Shown piece by piece: positions 29,420 to 44,118 of a stretch of DNA of 64,000 nucleotides. The stretch covers positions 60,388,001 through 60,452,000 of the forward strand of contig OX597817.1 of assembly GCA_951406725.2 (NCBI GenBank), in the 5' to 3' direction. Source of the DNA: Octopus vulgaris (Eukaryota). Every line of letters starts with the position of its first letter. Within the stretch, counting starts at the first letter, position 1. The notes under the pieces are model-generated. The model saw only the letters and a program-made list of their open reading frames with translations, was not told the DNA's origin and did not search any database. The position numbers were made by a program, and so were the translations under genes.

Positions 29420-29728
29420 GATCTTCTCAAATACGTGTGACGTACCAGTTAAGACAATCTTTTGTACTTCCTGCTTGGATAGTAAGTGTGGATCATTCTT
29501 AAATAATTTTCAGTTCCTTTCTTGATCATTCCAAGTGCTCCTACAATCGTTGGTATTGTAATCACCTTGTGATGCCACATCTTTTCGATTTCAATCAGCA
29601 AATCCTTATATTTTCTGAGTTTATCAAATTCTTTTGCCGAGATATTATGGTCACTAGGTATGCTCATGTCAATCAATAAACAGACTTTATTGTTTTGGTC
29701 TTTCACAACAATATCTGTATTATTAGCT
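29420..29728 (-). mobile_element. R4/Dong-type RLE endonuclease 3' fragment
   Basis: DIVVKDQNNKVCLLIDMSIPSDHNISAKEFDKLRKYKDLLIEIEKMW..IPTIVGALGMIKK. Confidence 0.9.
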
Positions 29729-30516
29729 CAGAAATACACTTCTAAGAATTTTATAACTCAATGATGGCGTCCTTTGGTTTGTGTCGTGTCTCTTCAAGAT
29801 ATTGTTTAACCTGTGTGGGAAGGGAATAGAAATATGCACTAATGTCCGAAATAATACTTTATTACTTTCTCATAAATATTTTCTCCGAAGATCGTTTATC
29901 TTCACAAACAACATATTTGTAAGGCCTCACCAATGCTATTTAAATGTCGCCTCATTTGCAGATGCAATTATAGTGACGAAAAAATGCTGCCTTGAAAAGA
30001 AAATATTATTGTGACTGCTGTTATAGTTATTGACAGTAAGATGTGAGCAATTAGCTCCGTTGCAAATTGATATTGCGCGTGTACGTTCTCTTAGTTGTGT
30101 GAATAAAACTTTTGGGAATAAAATTACAATCAACACACCCCTGTTGTGTTAAACAAACGATGCTTGATGGCGTAATTGTTTTGTCGCGAGATAATTTAAC
30201 TTAGGGTGTTTTTGGTTTCAGCATGCTGTCATTCTATGATACCGAAACCAAAGACATCCCTATTCTATGAATAGTGCCAACAAAGAGATATGTTTCTGCC
30301 ACTGTATGGCGATTACATAAATCATTATTACTTTCATAATTCCAAGAAAGTTTATAATTTCGATTTCTTCTTTAGCTAACGAAACTCTCGGAGACGACAG
30401 TTTCAACAAGATTGCGGTTTCTTCGTCGATATATTTGAATGATAATAATGATAATGATGATGGTGATGATAATAATAAAAACAATATTAATATTAATAAT
30501 AATAATAATAATAATA

Positions 30517-30569
<53 letters not shown>

Positions 30570-30755
30570 GCTTTAGCATCTATTTTTGGCAGTGAGTGGT
30601 GAAGCGTAAAGCCGATCCTTTGTTATAATTATATATATAATTATAAAATATTTTGTAAAATTTATCTATGAGGTTTTTATTTGCGCACTGACCACTTGAT
30701 AAAAATATTATGGGTTTTACCCTTTTATTATAATATATATATATAATATATAATT

Positions 30756-30909
30756 GGTATTTTTATATAAGCTTAAAGCTTATGGCGATCACCGTGCAAT
30801 GACGGAGGAAAATAGTTTAATAAAGGGGCTTATAAGCCCCTTTATTAGACTATTTTCCTTAGTCATTGCACAGTGATCGCCATAAGCTTTAAGCTTATAT
30901 AAAAATACC
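30756..30909. repeat. 154-bp near-perfect palindrome with no spacer
   Basis: GGTATTTTTATATAAGCTTAAAGC... centred on GGGGCTTATAAGCCCC ...GCTTTAAGCTTATATAAAAATACC. Confidence 0.95.
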
Positions 30910-31048
30910 ATTATTATTATTTACAGGATTGTAAATTACGGTGCCGTTATAAAAAAAACAAACTATTCGCATATTATATTTAGTCACCAATATTATAACG
31001 TATTTAGTATATCATAATATGATTCTATTGTTATAATATCTTATTGTA

Positions 31049-31097
<49 letters not shown>

Positions 31098-31219
31098 TCG
31101 TGATCACCGTGACTGACCAGGCTATCAGATGTTGTTACACATCGCTGGTCACAATGCGCTTCGCATTGTTTTAGCCTTGAAATGACGCCACCCCGTTGGC
31201 TAAGCGAGCAGGCCAACAT

Positions 31220-31277
<58 letters not shown>

Positions 31278-31440
31278 GATATATAAGTACACCCAGCTGT
31301 CACAGGCGAGTAAGTATGGCATGGTAACATGTAGCATAGTTTCTTTAATTGTTTTATGTGTCTGTGAAGTCACAGACATCCTCTCCTCTCCGTCACTCTT
31401 GAACGTGTGTAACATCCAGGATGAGACATTTGTGTGTGTA

Positions 31441-31486
<46 letters not shown>

Positions 31487-31809
31487 TGTGTGAGTATCTG
31501 CGTATAATTTTAGGTGTTTGTGTAATTATGGATGGATGAATATATTCTGTATGTGTAGGTGCAGAATGTATACATACATGTATGTAATATGGAGGATTCC
31601 AGGCACGCGTGTACACATATGTATGTATGTTTGTATGTATGTATGTATGTATGTATGTATGTATGTATGTATGTATGTATGTTTGTATGTATGTATGTAT
31701 GTATGTATGCATGTATGTATGTATGTATGCATGCATGCATGCATGTATGTATGTATGTATGTATGTATGTATGTATGTATGTGTGTATATGTGTGTGTGT
31801 GTGTGTGTA

Positions 31810-31849
<40 letters not shown>

Positions 31850-32133
31850 TATATACATATATATAAATATATATATATATACATATGTGTGCATGCGTGT
31901 ATGTAGTTGTGTTTTGTGTGTATGGTTAGACGCTTTGATATTAGCGAATATAGTTATAACTCCAGATGTATTACAATAGTACAACCTAGTTTAACAAGAT
32001 AGATAAAAAATGAAATAAGAGTTTTTTCCAAAAAAAAAAAATATATATATATATATATCCTCTTCCTCCTTCACCACTCCCCTTCCTCTTTATCATCATT
32101 ATTAATAGTAGTCAGCGCCATACTTCTTCTTTT

Positions 32134-32165
<32 letters not shown>

Positions 32166-33089
32166 TTCTTCTTCTTCTTCTTCTTCTTCTTCTTCTTCTT
32201 CTTCTTCTTCTTCTTCTTCTTCTTCTTCTTCTTCTTCTTTTTCTTCACACTGTTAGTTTTTGTTGTAGTGGTGATATCGAATAGAGTTATTCAGAAGCTT
32301 GAAGCCGGCATTATTCCCCGCTGGGTAAGAAACTATGAAAGATTAAAGGCTTTATTATGAATCCCGCGTATTCCCAACAGGACGCCGACAGAAGACAGTA
32401 ACCACCCTCGCAGGGAATATGATGCAATTCCTCCTTACAGACGTGTGAAAGAATCAAGAATAATAAACAGTATCGAGGAATGGTAAATGCTTGGAAAGAA
32501 TAGGTTTTTGGTGGAGTTTCGCGATTAATTCACAGACTGGTAATGGATAAAAAGATAACTCAAAGAATTATGGAAACTATTCGATTACAACGTAGTCACT
32601 TATTTGCCAAAGATTGTTTTTTGATACAAACGCTTGATATGGTTGCTGCTGGTTCCACTTGTGCCACTGGTGCCGCTGCTGATGCACTTGCAGTTGTTGG
32701 TAACGTTGATATCGTTGGAGAAATACGATCCGTTTTGTTTGTAGGAGTTGTGTAGGGTATATACGTGGCTGCTGGTGGTGATGGTGGTGTTGCTGCTTCG
32801 GAGAGGGCATGTCTGCTTATTTACTTAAGCCTTTCGTTTCCTGTCGAGCAACGACGCCTTTTCTCCCTTGTTCTTGGCCCTGGACTGCCTTCCCTGCTTC
32901 TCCCCAGTTGGATCCCTGCCTTTTCAGCTCTGCCTCAGGGTCCTACCTCCTACTAGTTTTAGGATGTCTCCTCCTTTCAGCCTCCCTTGTGGCTTTCACG
33001 TCAGGGCCTGGCATGTTTTCCCGGAGGGAAAACCTTTCCCTTCCCAGTTCTGTTTGTTTAGGATTGTCATCCACGTTACTCTTTGTCTT

Positions 33090-33255
33090 TTTTTCTAGGT
33101 AAAGGTTTCGGCCCTACACAAACCCACTTTTGCCCCTGGGAAGAGGTGGTCCATATTAGTCTGGCCTCCATACTTTGATCTGTTTTGCATGGGAGGTCCT
33201 GCCAGGAGATTTTGCTCTGCCGTCGCACCACAACAAAGACTGTACCTTGTGGGGA
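33090..33255 (+). mobile_element. Probable RTE-clade 5'UTR-derived repeat
   Basis: TTTGATCTGTTTTGCATGGGAGGTCCTGCCAGGAG..CGCACCACAACAA resembles RTE 5' regions, by recall only. Confidence 0.35.
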
Positions 33256-33518
33256 GATATATTTGCAAGAAGCCCTAAATATTTGATTAGGGACGGCATG
33301 GAGGCCAGCTGGTTGTTAACTGATTGTTAACTGCTGATTTGTTAACTGAAGTGTTTTGACAGACACTCACAATACCATTCAAACGAGTGGCTTGGGGCGT
33401 CTGACCCACTGCATTGCATCACCAGACTTTAATGTAGGTATTTATTCTACTGGTCCCTTTTGCTGAACAGTGAAGTTACGGGACCATAAACACACCAAAA
33501 GCAGTTGTCAAGTAGTGG

Positions 33519-33614
<96 letters not shown>

Positions 33615-33816
33615 CTGTATAATAATATATCATAATATTTAATTTTCTGATTTGAAGCGACAATTTATAAATACAAACAAATGACTGAAAAATGATGAGC
33701 TAATCCCAGCCAGAATCGAACCCACTAATCAACGCTAAATTACCTACCATTTGTTTAAAAATATTATATGTAGTATATATATATATATATAAATTTCAGC
33801 TATATATACATATACA

Positions 33817-33852
<36 letters not shown>

Positions 33853-33890
33853 TATTATATTATATTATATTATATTATATTATATTATAT

Positions 33891-33952
<62 letters not shown>

Positions 33953-34039
33953 CTGAAATTTATAGAAAAAGAAAAGACAAAGACAAGTGTATGAACAACA
34001 AGAAAGTGTATTAGTTTGACGATCGGGATAATGAAGACG

Positions 34040-34077
34040 TCGTTTATGTTTCGAGTCTACGCTCTTCAACAGAAAGG
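34040..34077 (-). ncRNA. Ultra-minimal hammerhead-like motif (second copy of the 2.1-kb family)
   Basis: Minus strand: CCTTT CTGTTGA A GAGC GTAG ACTC GAAAC ATA AACG. Confidence 0.4.
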
Positions 34078-34120
34078 AAGAAGAGAAAATAAACAGAGAG
34101 AGAGAGAGAGAGGGGGGAGA

Positions 34121-34156
<36 letters not shown>

Positions 34157-34191
34157 ATGAAAAAGAGTATATATATATATATATATATATA

Positions 34192-34345
34192 CAACGGGTT
34201 TCTTTCAGTTTCTGTCTACCACATCCACTCACAAGGCTTTGATCGGCCCAGGGCTGTAGTAGAGTATGCTCGCCCAACGTACTACGCAGTGACCCGAACC
34301 CAGAACCATGTGGTTAGGAGGCAAGCCACATAGCCACGATGCCTT
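34192..34345 (-). mobile_element. SINE head fragment, same family as 44637
   Basis: CTTTCAGTTTCTGTCTACC..CACTCACAAGGCTTTG..GAACCCAGAACCATGTGG. Confidence 0.75.
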
Positions 34346-34992
34346 AAATTACACACTGTTATACAAAAGCACCCTGCAGACTGCAATAATAAAATAGAAA
34401 TAGAATTGAAAAATGTCATTCTTTCTGTGCAATCCGGATCCAAATAATCGGCCGGTCGGTGGTTGGGGAAACCCCGTCTTACAGTATTCGTTCCGGCTGT
34501 TAGACGCCATCTTTCTGAGGTAATTTTTGACATTTATTCTTTTGAGCTTGGTAAATTGTAAGGGTAGACTCTCGTTCTTCATCTCAGTTTCCTATTCAAG
34601 AAATCGGTTGTGTTCGTACACAGGGAATGGATGACACCTCTACCAATTGACCAGCAGTGAATGACCCACAGAAGTAAGAAGGACCTGGTTTAAGTGCGAC
34701 ATATTGGGCCCATACAGGACATCGATGATATTAATAGTACTCAACAAATGAAACAAGGAAAAGGCAAAGAGCCTACTATGATCTAATGTAATTACTATAT
34801 TGTACAAATGCCAAATATTAACTTAGCAGAGGTTTCATCGCCAAGAAAAACAAGCTGCGCGTATAAAACCGTTTCATTACAATTTCGAGATCTTCGCAAA
34901 AACCTTGAATATCAGTAACACTAACGATCATCTGTTTATGCGAGAAATAAGCGAGGGAAAATGCCGACGACAAACTGCAAAATGTGCGTGTC

Positions 34993-35060
<68 letters not shown>

Positions 35061-35091
35061 CATACATATATATATATATATATAAATATAT

Positions 35092-35194
<103 letters not shown>

Positions 35195-35218
35195 TAAATA
35201 TATATATATATATGCACA

Positions 35219-35613
35219 TGGAAGCACTGGAAGCACTCCGTCGGTTACGACGACGAGGGTTTCGGTTGATCCGAATCAACGGAACAGCCTGCTCGTGAAA
35301 TTAACGTGTAAGTGGCTGAGCACTCCACAGACACGTGTACCCTTAACGTAGTTCTCGGGGATATTCAGCGTGACACAGAGAGTGACAAGGCCGGCCCTTT
35401 GAAATACAGGTACAACAGAAACAGGAAGTGAGAGTGAGAGAAAGTTGTGGTGAAAGAGTACAGCAGGGATCACCACCATCCCCTGCCGGAGCCTCGTGGA
35501 GCTTTAGGTGTTTTCGCTCAATAAACACTTACAACGCCCGGTCTGGGAATCGAAACCGCGATCCTATGACCGCGAGTCCGCTGCCCTAACCACTGGGCCA
35601 TTGTGCCTCCACA
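35219..35613 (-). mobile_element. tRNA-derived SINE, full length
   Basis: Minus strand TGGCCCAGTGGTTAGGGCAGCGGACTCGCGG..GTTTCGATTCCC (A/B boxes), 3' end with duplicated AGTGCTTCC. Related body fragments at ~2960-3075 and ~22020-22130. Confidence 0.85.
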
Positions 35614-35658
35614 TATGCACATACATGCATACACACACACAAACATATATATACATAT

Positions 35659-35713
<55 letters not shown>

Positions 35714-35787
35714 TACACATACATGCATACACACACACACACACATATATACATACATACATACATATATATATACACACGCATGCG

Positions 35788-35854
<67 letters not shown>

Positions 35855-36028
35855 CCTAGTGGATAGGGTGCTGCTCTCACGATCGTAAGATCGTTGTTTC
35901 GATTCCCCGACTGGGTCGGTGCATTGTGCGTTATATTTTTGAGCAAAACACTTCATTTTATATTACTTTGCTATCTAAACATGTGGCACACTGAGAACCT
36001 GTTCAGCCAATGTGAATTTGACACTCAA

Positions 36029-36059
<31 letters not shown>

Positions 36060-36138
36060 ATGTATATAAGTATACATATATATATATATCTGTATATATA
36101 TAGTATATATATATATATATATGTATATATCGTATATA

Positions 36139-36209
<71 letters not shown>

Positions 36210-36483
36210 AAAATTAAAATCAAAATGAGGGTGAGAAATTGGATATTAATTTGATAACATCAATTTCAACACCAGTGGTTTAGCATATAAAAAAAACTGA
36301 GATTCAGTAAATAGTATTTCATACATAAATATAAGAGGGAATCTTTTAACCACTATGTGGAAACCCTTATGCTAGAAGAAGATCCGCTATGGTCTCAACC
36401 ACTAAGAATTGTTCTCCAGAAAATTTAGCACACCAGAAACGTAAGCGAGCAAGAGAGATGAAAAATAACAAAAATATAGATTA

Positions 36484-36560
36484 ATCACAAACAATTGTTT
36501 CACTATCAATAAATTACATAATTTTAGTTACGCAATTTATCTGTAGATCGTCAGTTTGAT
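36484..36560 (-). ncRNA. Type-I hammerhead ribozyme overlapping the left end of a palindrome
   Basis: Minus strand: ATCAAA CTGACGA T CTA..ATAAATTGCGTAA/TTATGTAATTTAT..TAG T GAAAC AATT GTT TGTGAT. Confidence 0.7.
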
Positions 36561-36847
36561 CCCCTTTGCAAAATATAATTTGCAGAACTTCACGCCAGAT
36601 ATCAACACGAGGTCGAAAATGCATGTAGTTCCACCTATTATATTTGCGGTTATTTTCAAAAGTTTCGTTTAGGTGCGCTAAATTACCGGAAATAAATACT
36701 GCATAAATAAATTCACTGCAGTAGTTTTTACGCAGAGGACTTTTGAAAATAACCGCAAATATAATAGGTGGAACTACATGCACTACAGGCGTGAAGTTCT
36801 ACAAATTATATCCTGCAAAGAGGATCACAGTGACGATCTACAGATAA
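36537..36847. repeat. ~310-bp imperfect inverted repeat
   Basis: TTATCTGTAGATCGTCA / TGACGATCTACAGATAA ends, with internal arm TGCATGTAGTTCCACCTATTATATTTGCGGTTATTTTCAAAAGT mirrored exactly. Confidence 0.95.
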
Positions 36848-37282
36848 TACCTATTTCTTTACTACCTATTTCTTTACTACCCACAAGGGGCTAAACACAG
36901 AGAGGACAAACAAGGACAGACAAACGGATTAAGTCGATTATATCGACCCCAGTGCGTAACTGGTACTTATTTAATCGACCCCGAAAGGATGAAAGGCAAA
37001 GTCGACCTCGGCGGAATATCAACTCAGAACGTAGCGGCAGACGAAATACCTATTTCTTTACTACCCACAAGGGGCTAAACATAGAGGGGACAAACAAAGA
37101 CAGACAAACAGATTAAGTCGATTACACCAACCCCAGTGCGTAACTGGTACTTATTTAATCGACCCCGAAAGGATGAAAGGCAAAGTCGACCTCGGCGGAA
37201 TTTGAACTCAGAACATAACGGCAGACGAAATACGGCTACGCATTTCGCCCGGCGTGCTAACGTTTCTGCCATCTCGCCGCCT
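36848..37282 (-). mobile_element. Tandem dimer of a SINE with a conserved CATCCTTTCGGGGTCGAT..AGTACCAG central domain (Nin/Meta-like)
   Basis: Full copy 37047-37282 (head GGCGGCGAGATGGCAGAAACGTTAGC, B-box GAGTTCAAATTCC) and 5'-truncated copy 36848-37048. Confidence 0.9.
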
Positions 37283-37584
37283 TGCAATGATAGTAATAAT
37301 GCTTATGCTAATAATACGACCAAGAACTAATATGAAATGTCAATTAGATGAGTGGAGGCTGCGGCGGAGGGGTTGTTGAAAAAGAGAGCAGATTTTCGAC
37401 ATTCTGCCGAGGTCTTTTATGAAGTATGAAAATTGTGTTGAATATCTCTTGCACGATTATGTAATCAGCATATTTTGTTCTGACTAAGAGTAATGTGGAG
37501 AGCCGTGGAATGCTAAAAGAAGCCGGAGGAACTGAGTAGCGAGGGGAAGGCAGTTCTATGAGAAAAAAGGCCATTAGTCTGTGA

Positions 37585-38112
37585 GGCTAAGAAGCTTGCG
37601 TTTCAATGACGTTGGTTTCGGGTTCGGTCCCACTGAGTAGCATCTTGGTAACTTGGATGCCGACCAATGACATGGGAATGGATTTGGTAGACGGACACGT
37701 TGTGGACAGCCGTCGTACAAAAGCACACACTCACACGCATATATAGATGTATTCATGATAAAATGTAGTACAAGAAGACGACGAAGAAACATACGGAAAA
37801 TTGGCAAAAACACACATGGGACAGAGAAAAAAAAATACTGAATGCCTCAACAGTTAACAACCAAGAATCATCACAATTTCGATACCAATGTGTGTATATG
37901 CGTATGTGTGGGCTTGTGTTTGCCACTCATCACCGTTTGACAACCGTTATTGGTTTGTTTGTGTCCCTGTAGCTTAGCTGTTCGGCAAAGGGACGGACAG
38001 GATAAGTACCAGGCTTTACAAAGACAGAAACATCAGTACCGGAATCGATTTGTTCAACCAAAACCCTTTCGAGGCGGTGCCCCAGCATCGCCGCAATCTA
38101 ATGACTGAAACA
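37585..38112 (+). mobile_element. Diverged, internally expanded SINE, same family as 44637
   Basis: GGGTTCGGTCCCACTG head, GGATTTGGTAGACGGA, and tail GGCGGTGCCCCAGCAT..ATGACTGAAACA. Confidence 0.7.
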
Positions 38113-40300
38113 GATATAATAATAACAAAAAAAAACCCAAAATTTGTTAAAGAAAGAATAAATGAAAAAAAATAATAATTAAGTACAAAAGCGCACGAAA
38201 GACTACAGAGAAGGATGCAAGAACGAGATTTACCAGACCCCCCTCTCCCTCGTATCGCCCTCCCCCCCCAAAGAAAACAAAAAGCAAAACAAAGACGCAT
38301 AATTTAGATTCAGTAAAGAAAATATTTTACACAATTAAGAGAAATAATTGATAATCAGCCAGAAAAATGAAGAATTTATACTTTTGTTTGTTTCTTCGAA
38401 GCTTCTTGTAATGTGACTCATTTTTTGTTTTTAGGATTTCGTTGTTGTTGTTGTTATTGTTGATGTGGATGGTGAGGTGGTGGTGGTGGTGTGAGGTGAC
38501 GTTGGAATGTGTCTAACGCGAACTCATCGTCAAATATGTTTTCGAGATTTATAGAAATACATTAAGACATCAGTGTTCATAAGTTAGGCAAACACAAACA
38601 CCTCACATACATACGTACGTACATACACACATACATACATACATACATACATACATACATACACACATACACACATACATACATACATACATACATACAT
38701 ACATACATACATACATACATGCATACATAAATACATACAAACACATTTCCAAGAGCAGAAACTTCTAGAAAATGCCTAATCAACAAAGTGACAGTGAAGA
38801 GTTTGGAGCCCCAAAATGCAACCAAAAAATGTCGATTATGTCACATTTTGTGGAAAACATTACGCGTGATCAGCAGCTGCCCTCCCCCACCCCAATATCA
38901 TTAAGGTACTGTCTTACAATGAGGCAGGATATTGTCGCAAAAACGATATACGTTGCCATCTGAAAAAAAATGAATTGTCCTTTTGTTATTGAATATATAA
39001 ATATCAACATAAAGAATATTGATATAGCATTCCTATTGATACATTAAATCTAAGACAAGAAAACGTGTGTACCGCCATAGAGATCAGCTGTCTTGTTGAT
39101 ATGAAAACCTCTTCGAAAATCAAGCAGAAAAGGGGGATAACTATGGACGAATGCTTCGAACCACTCTGCTTCTGTTCCCAGATTAGAAATTCACATACAT
39201 ACTAATAACATGTGATGCATTTAGTTTTGTGAGTGAATAGATAAGTGCCAAGAGCTGAGGTATTAAAGAAAGAAAACATCAGCTAGCCAGCACACACATA
39301 ACAGATACAATCAGTAAGCGGAACAGTAAAAATATGCAAGACTTTTCTCAAGTAAAAAATGTTACATTACTTTTGTTATCTACATTCCAGCGATGGGACT
39401 TTGTATCTTAGTTGGACACCGTCTCTTTCTATGCAGGAAGACTTCAAATAATTAAAGACAGTGGCTAATGGCATATGTTTGAACAACAATGACAAATAAT
39501 GATATATTAACTACTTTAAATATACATTAACGGTTTAATGAAGCCACTGGTCACACTGAATGAATTTCGTTACCTCATTTTCGTTTTATTTAAGCAAATT
39601 ACGAAGGCAATTAACGCGCTCTACACGTTTTGGCACATGCCTAATAATTCTGTCCCCTGGAGTTAACGTAGGACAAACACTGTGCTGATGGTGCATATTG
39701 AGGCAGAAAACCACATCCATGACCGTCCTCTTGCCACCAGACAATGAGACTTTTCTTTAGTGATGTAGTAATTTCGGAGAATGTGAGATTATTTCTCCTT
39801 TCCATTTAAAATTAGTCGTACTTGCTAGCAAGTATAAACAAAAAACAAACAAACAAAAAACAAAAAAAAAAAAACAACAAAAAATACAAAAACAAAAAAC
39901 TTCTCCTTTCCTTAATATAACTTGGCGATATTATAAGACACAGGCAGTCACAGACACTGCTTCCAAAAACCGCAGTTCTACGAGTTTTTTCAGATGTGAC
40001 TTTTTTTTTTCAAGCCAGATGTAACTCTGCCGTTTGTCACAGTTCTTATTTGTTTATTCCTTTTGGCGATTGTCCATGAAGGAATTATAAATCTCCATAT
40101 GGCATTCATCTTCTCAATTTGATATACGTTGCAAACTCATCTTTAACAAAAAAAAAAGAGAACGAAAAAAAGAAAACGAAACATTAGTTGCTATGTTTTT
40201 TTACTAACCATGTTTATAGATTTTTTAAATTTTTATAAATATTTTCCATGGTTGATTTTTTCTTCTGCTCTATGTGTGGCTATGTTATTGTATCTATTTC

Positions 40301-40331
<31 letters not shown>

Positions 40332-40337
40332 CATACA

Positions 40338-40368
<31 letters not shown>

Positions 40369-40394
40369 GTTTATAGATGTACATAGTACATATA

Positions 40395-40452
<58 letters not shown>

Positions 40453-40561
40453 TATGTATATGTATATATATTATGCATGTATATGTATATATATGTATCT
40501 ACCTTTAATATATGTATTATATATAAATATATATATATATGTATATGTAAAATATAATACA

Positions 40562-40613
<52 letters not shown>

Positions 40614-40702
40614 CAGATATACATATCTATATGTGTATATATATATTACAAAATTACTTTTATAGTGTATCAAATTATGAATCCTGGGTTTTGTTTACCC
40701 GC

Positions 40703-40828
<126 letters not shown>

Positions 40829-40907
40829 TTTCATCTTTGCAGGTAGATTAAAGTAATAACGTCAATTAAAGAACGCAGAATAGGGCAAACCTAAGACTCT
40901 GGCAAAC

Positions 40908-41333
40908 CATGGCTGTGTGGTTAAGAAGCTTGCTTTGCATCCGCGTGGTCTCGATTTCAGTTCCTCTGCTCGGTACATTGGGCAAGTGTCGTCTACTATA
41001 GTCGCGGACCGACCAATGTCTTGCGAGTAAATTTGCAAGATTGAAACTGTGTGGAAGCCCGTCGTGTGTATATATGTGTGGTAGTTTGTCTAATATATGT
41101 GGTTGTGTGTGTGTGTGTGTGTATGTGGCGGCGCCTTTGTGTCTGAGTTTATTCTCAACCAATGCTTGGCAATCGGTGTTGGTTTGTTTATACTCTCGTA
41201 ATATTAGCCGTTCAGCATAAAGAGACCGATAGAATAAGCACCAGGCTCAAAATAAAGTCCTAGAGGCGATTTATTCGACTAAAACCCTGTATGTCAGTGC
41301 TGCAGCATGGCCGTAGCACATTGACTGAAACAA
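40908..41333 (+). mobile_element. Diverged SINE, same family as 44637
   Basis: ATGGCTGTGTGGTTAAGAAGCTTGC..TTGGGCAAGTGTC..GCAGCATGGCC..TGACTGAAACAA. Confidence 0.8.
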
Positions 41334-42007
41334 ATCTCTCTCTATATAAAACTTTTCAAAAATTCCAATTCTAAAGGGTCGAAACAAACCTGAGCAACAC
41401 CGGGTGATACGGCTAGTAAAAGATAAAAGTTAAGTTTTGGGGTCAGTTTGTTCAATTAAAGGTTTCAAGGCGGTGCTCCAGTATGGCCACGGTTCAATGA
41501 CTGAAATATGTAAAAAGTAAAAGTGTATAGACCCTGAAGGTGCGTCTCTGGCGATGAGATTCTCATTCCAACGAAAGTTCCTGAAGATGATTCGAAAGTC
41601 GAAGAGTAGGCTACATAATGCTGCCCCTCAAAGTGACACAACCGAATACTGAAACCACTGAGAGAGGGCTTAGTATGAGTACCACTTTACCTTGGGCTCG
41701 ATCGACAGTAGAGGGATCGCACTAGTTCAATAAGGTCTTGACAGCTCGGAGGCGGTTTTGCAGGAATTAGTTTGCAAAAAAGTTCATCTGAAAATAAAAT
41801 AGATACAGTGGTGAGTTATTCTCATCTGGCACTGACTGCAGTTTTTTTACCCTCAGGTAAGTCGCTAACCTAATAAAATAAATTATTGCCGACTCTGTCT
41901 TTCATTCTTTCAGGGGTCGATAAAATAAGGACCAGTTGAACACTGGGGTCGATGTGTTCGACCCATGTCCTCCCCCAAAATTGCTGCCTCTGTGGTAAAA
42001 TTTGAAA

Positions 42008-42988
<981 letters not shown>

Positions 42989-43553
42989 TGTCCACGATAA
43001 AATATGTTATTTCGAGTCATGTTTTACACAGTTTTCGAGAATCCCAAATCCATTTGATATGTCATAGAACTGCAAAAGCCATCCAGAGAAAAGTCGAGTT
43101 AATGCCATCACAGCTTGTATTCGTGTTGACTTTGTGTTTCCAATCACAAACACACACACACATACGTACGCACTTGTATGTATGTGTATGTGTCTATTTG
43201 TAGTCATATGCGTTCGTCGGTGTTTCTGTGTGTGCTTACAGTATATTTCGAGGGGTCTGTTGAAGTATTTATGTCTTGGGTGAAGGTGATGAGAGAGATA
43301 CGAGGGTAAGGTGGATAGGCTGGGTGAGAAAGAGTGTAAACAAAGAGGAAGAGAGGGTGAAGAAGAGAGGTTAAGGAAGAGAGCATGAGAAAAGAAAGGG
43401 CGAAGAATGGAAAGAGAGAGAGAGAGAGAGAGAGAGAGTAAGAGCGAAAATGACTTTTCGTTCTTTCACTTACGCCATCTTTTGTGTGTAAAGTTACTTT
43501 GCTTGACTAATTCTCCTTTAATCATACTTACATAACAGATAACAGTGATACAC

Positions 43554-43650
<97 letters not shown>

Positions 43651-43677
43651 TATGTGCGCGTGCGTGTGTGTGGTGTA

Positions 43678-43725
<48 letters not shown>

Positions 43726-44118
43726 CGAATTAAAAAGAGTGGCTTCTTAGCAATTAAAACCTAAAGTCAAAATTTTGTAACCTCAATTTTATCTATCTAT
43801 CTGTCTATCTATCTATACGCCTGTCTGTCTGTCTATCGATCTATACATAAATACAGAGACGTACATATACGTAAAGATATATATGCTTACCACTATATAA
43901 GCCTTAACATGTAACCCACACGCATATTGCAGTTGACAAATACCAAGACCTATCCTATTCATGTGTAACTACACAAGCATACATAAGACGCATTAATATA
44001 AGGCGTTAATATAATGCGAAAAGCTTCCATACATTACATGCTGACGTATATTTATCTTCGTGTGTGTGTGTGTTTCTTGTTCATATCTGTGACTACTGAT
44101 ATATGCATACAAATACCA

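Noticed and set aside
35545-35613. tRNA-like sequences here and at 2287 and 44637
   Set aside because: A/B boxes run into SINE bodies and no complete cloverleaf forms. These are SINE heads, not tRNA genes.
41575-41612. Further hammerhead-like partial matches (also ~8300, ~16125, ~27400, ~36400, ~51230)
   Set aside because: At least two of core box, GAAA, stem I and cleavage triplet are missing; indistinguishable from chance by eye.
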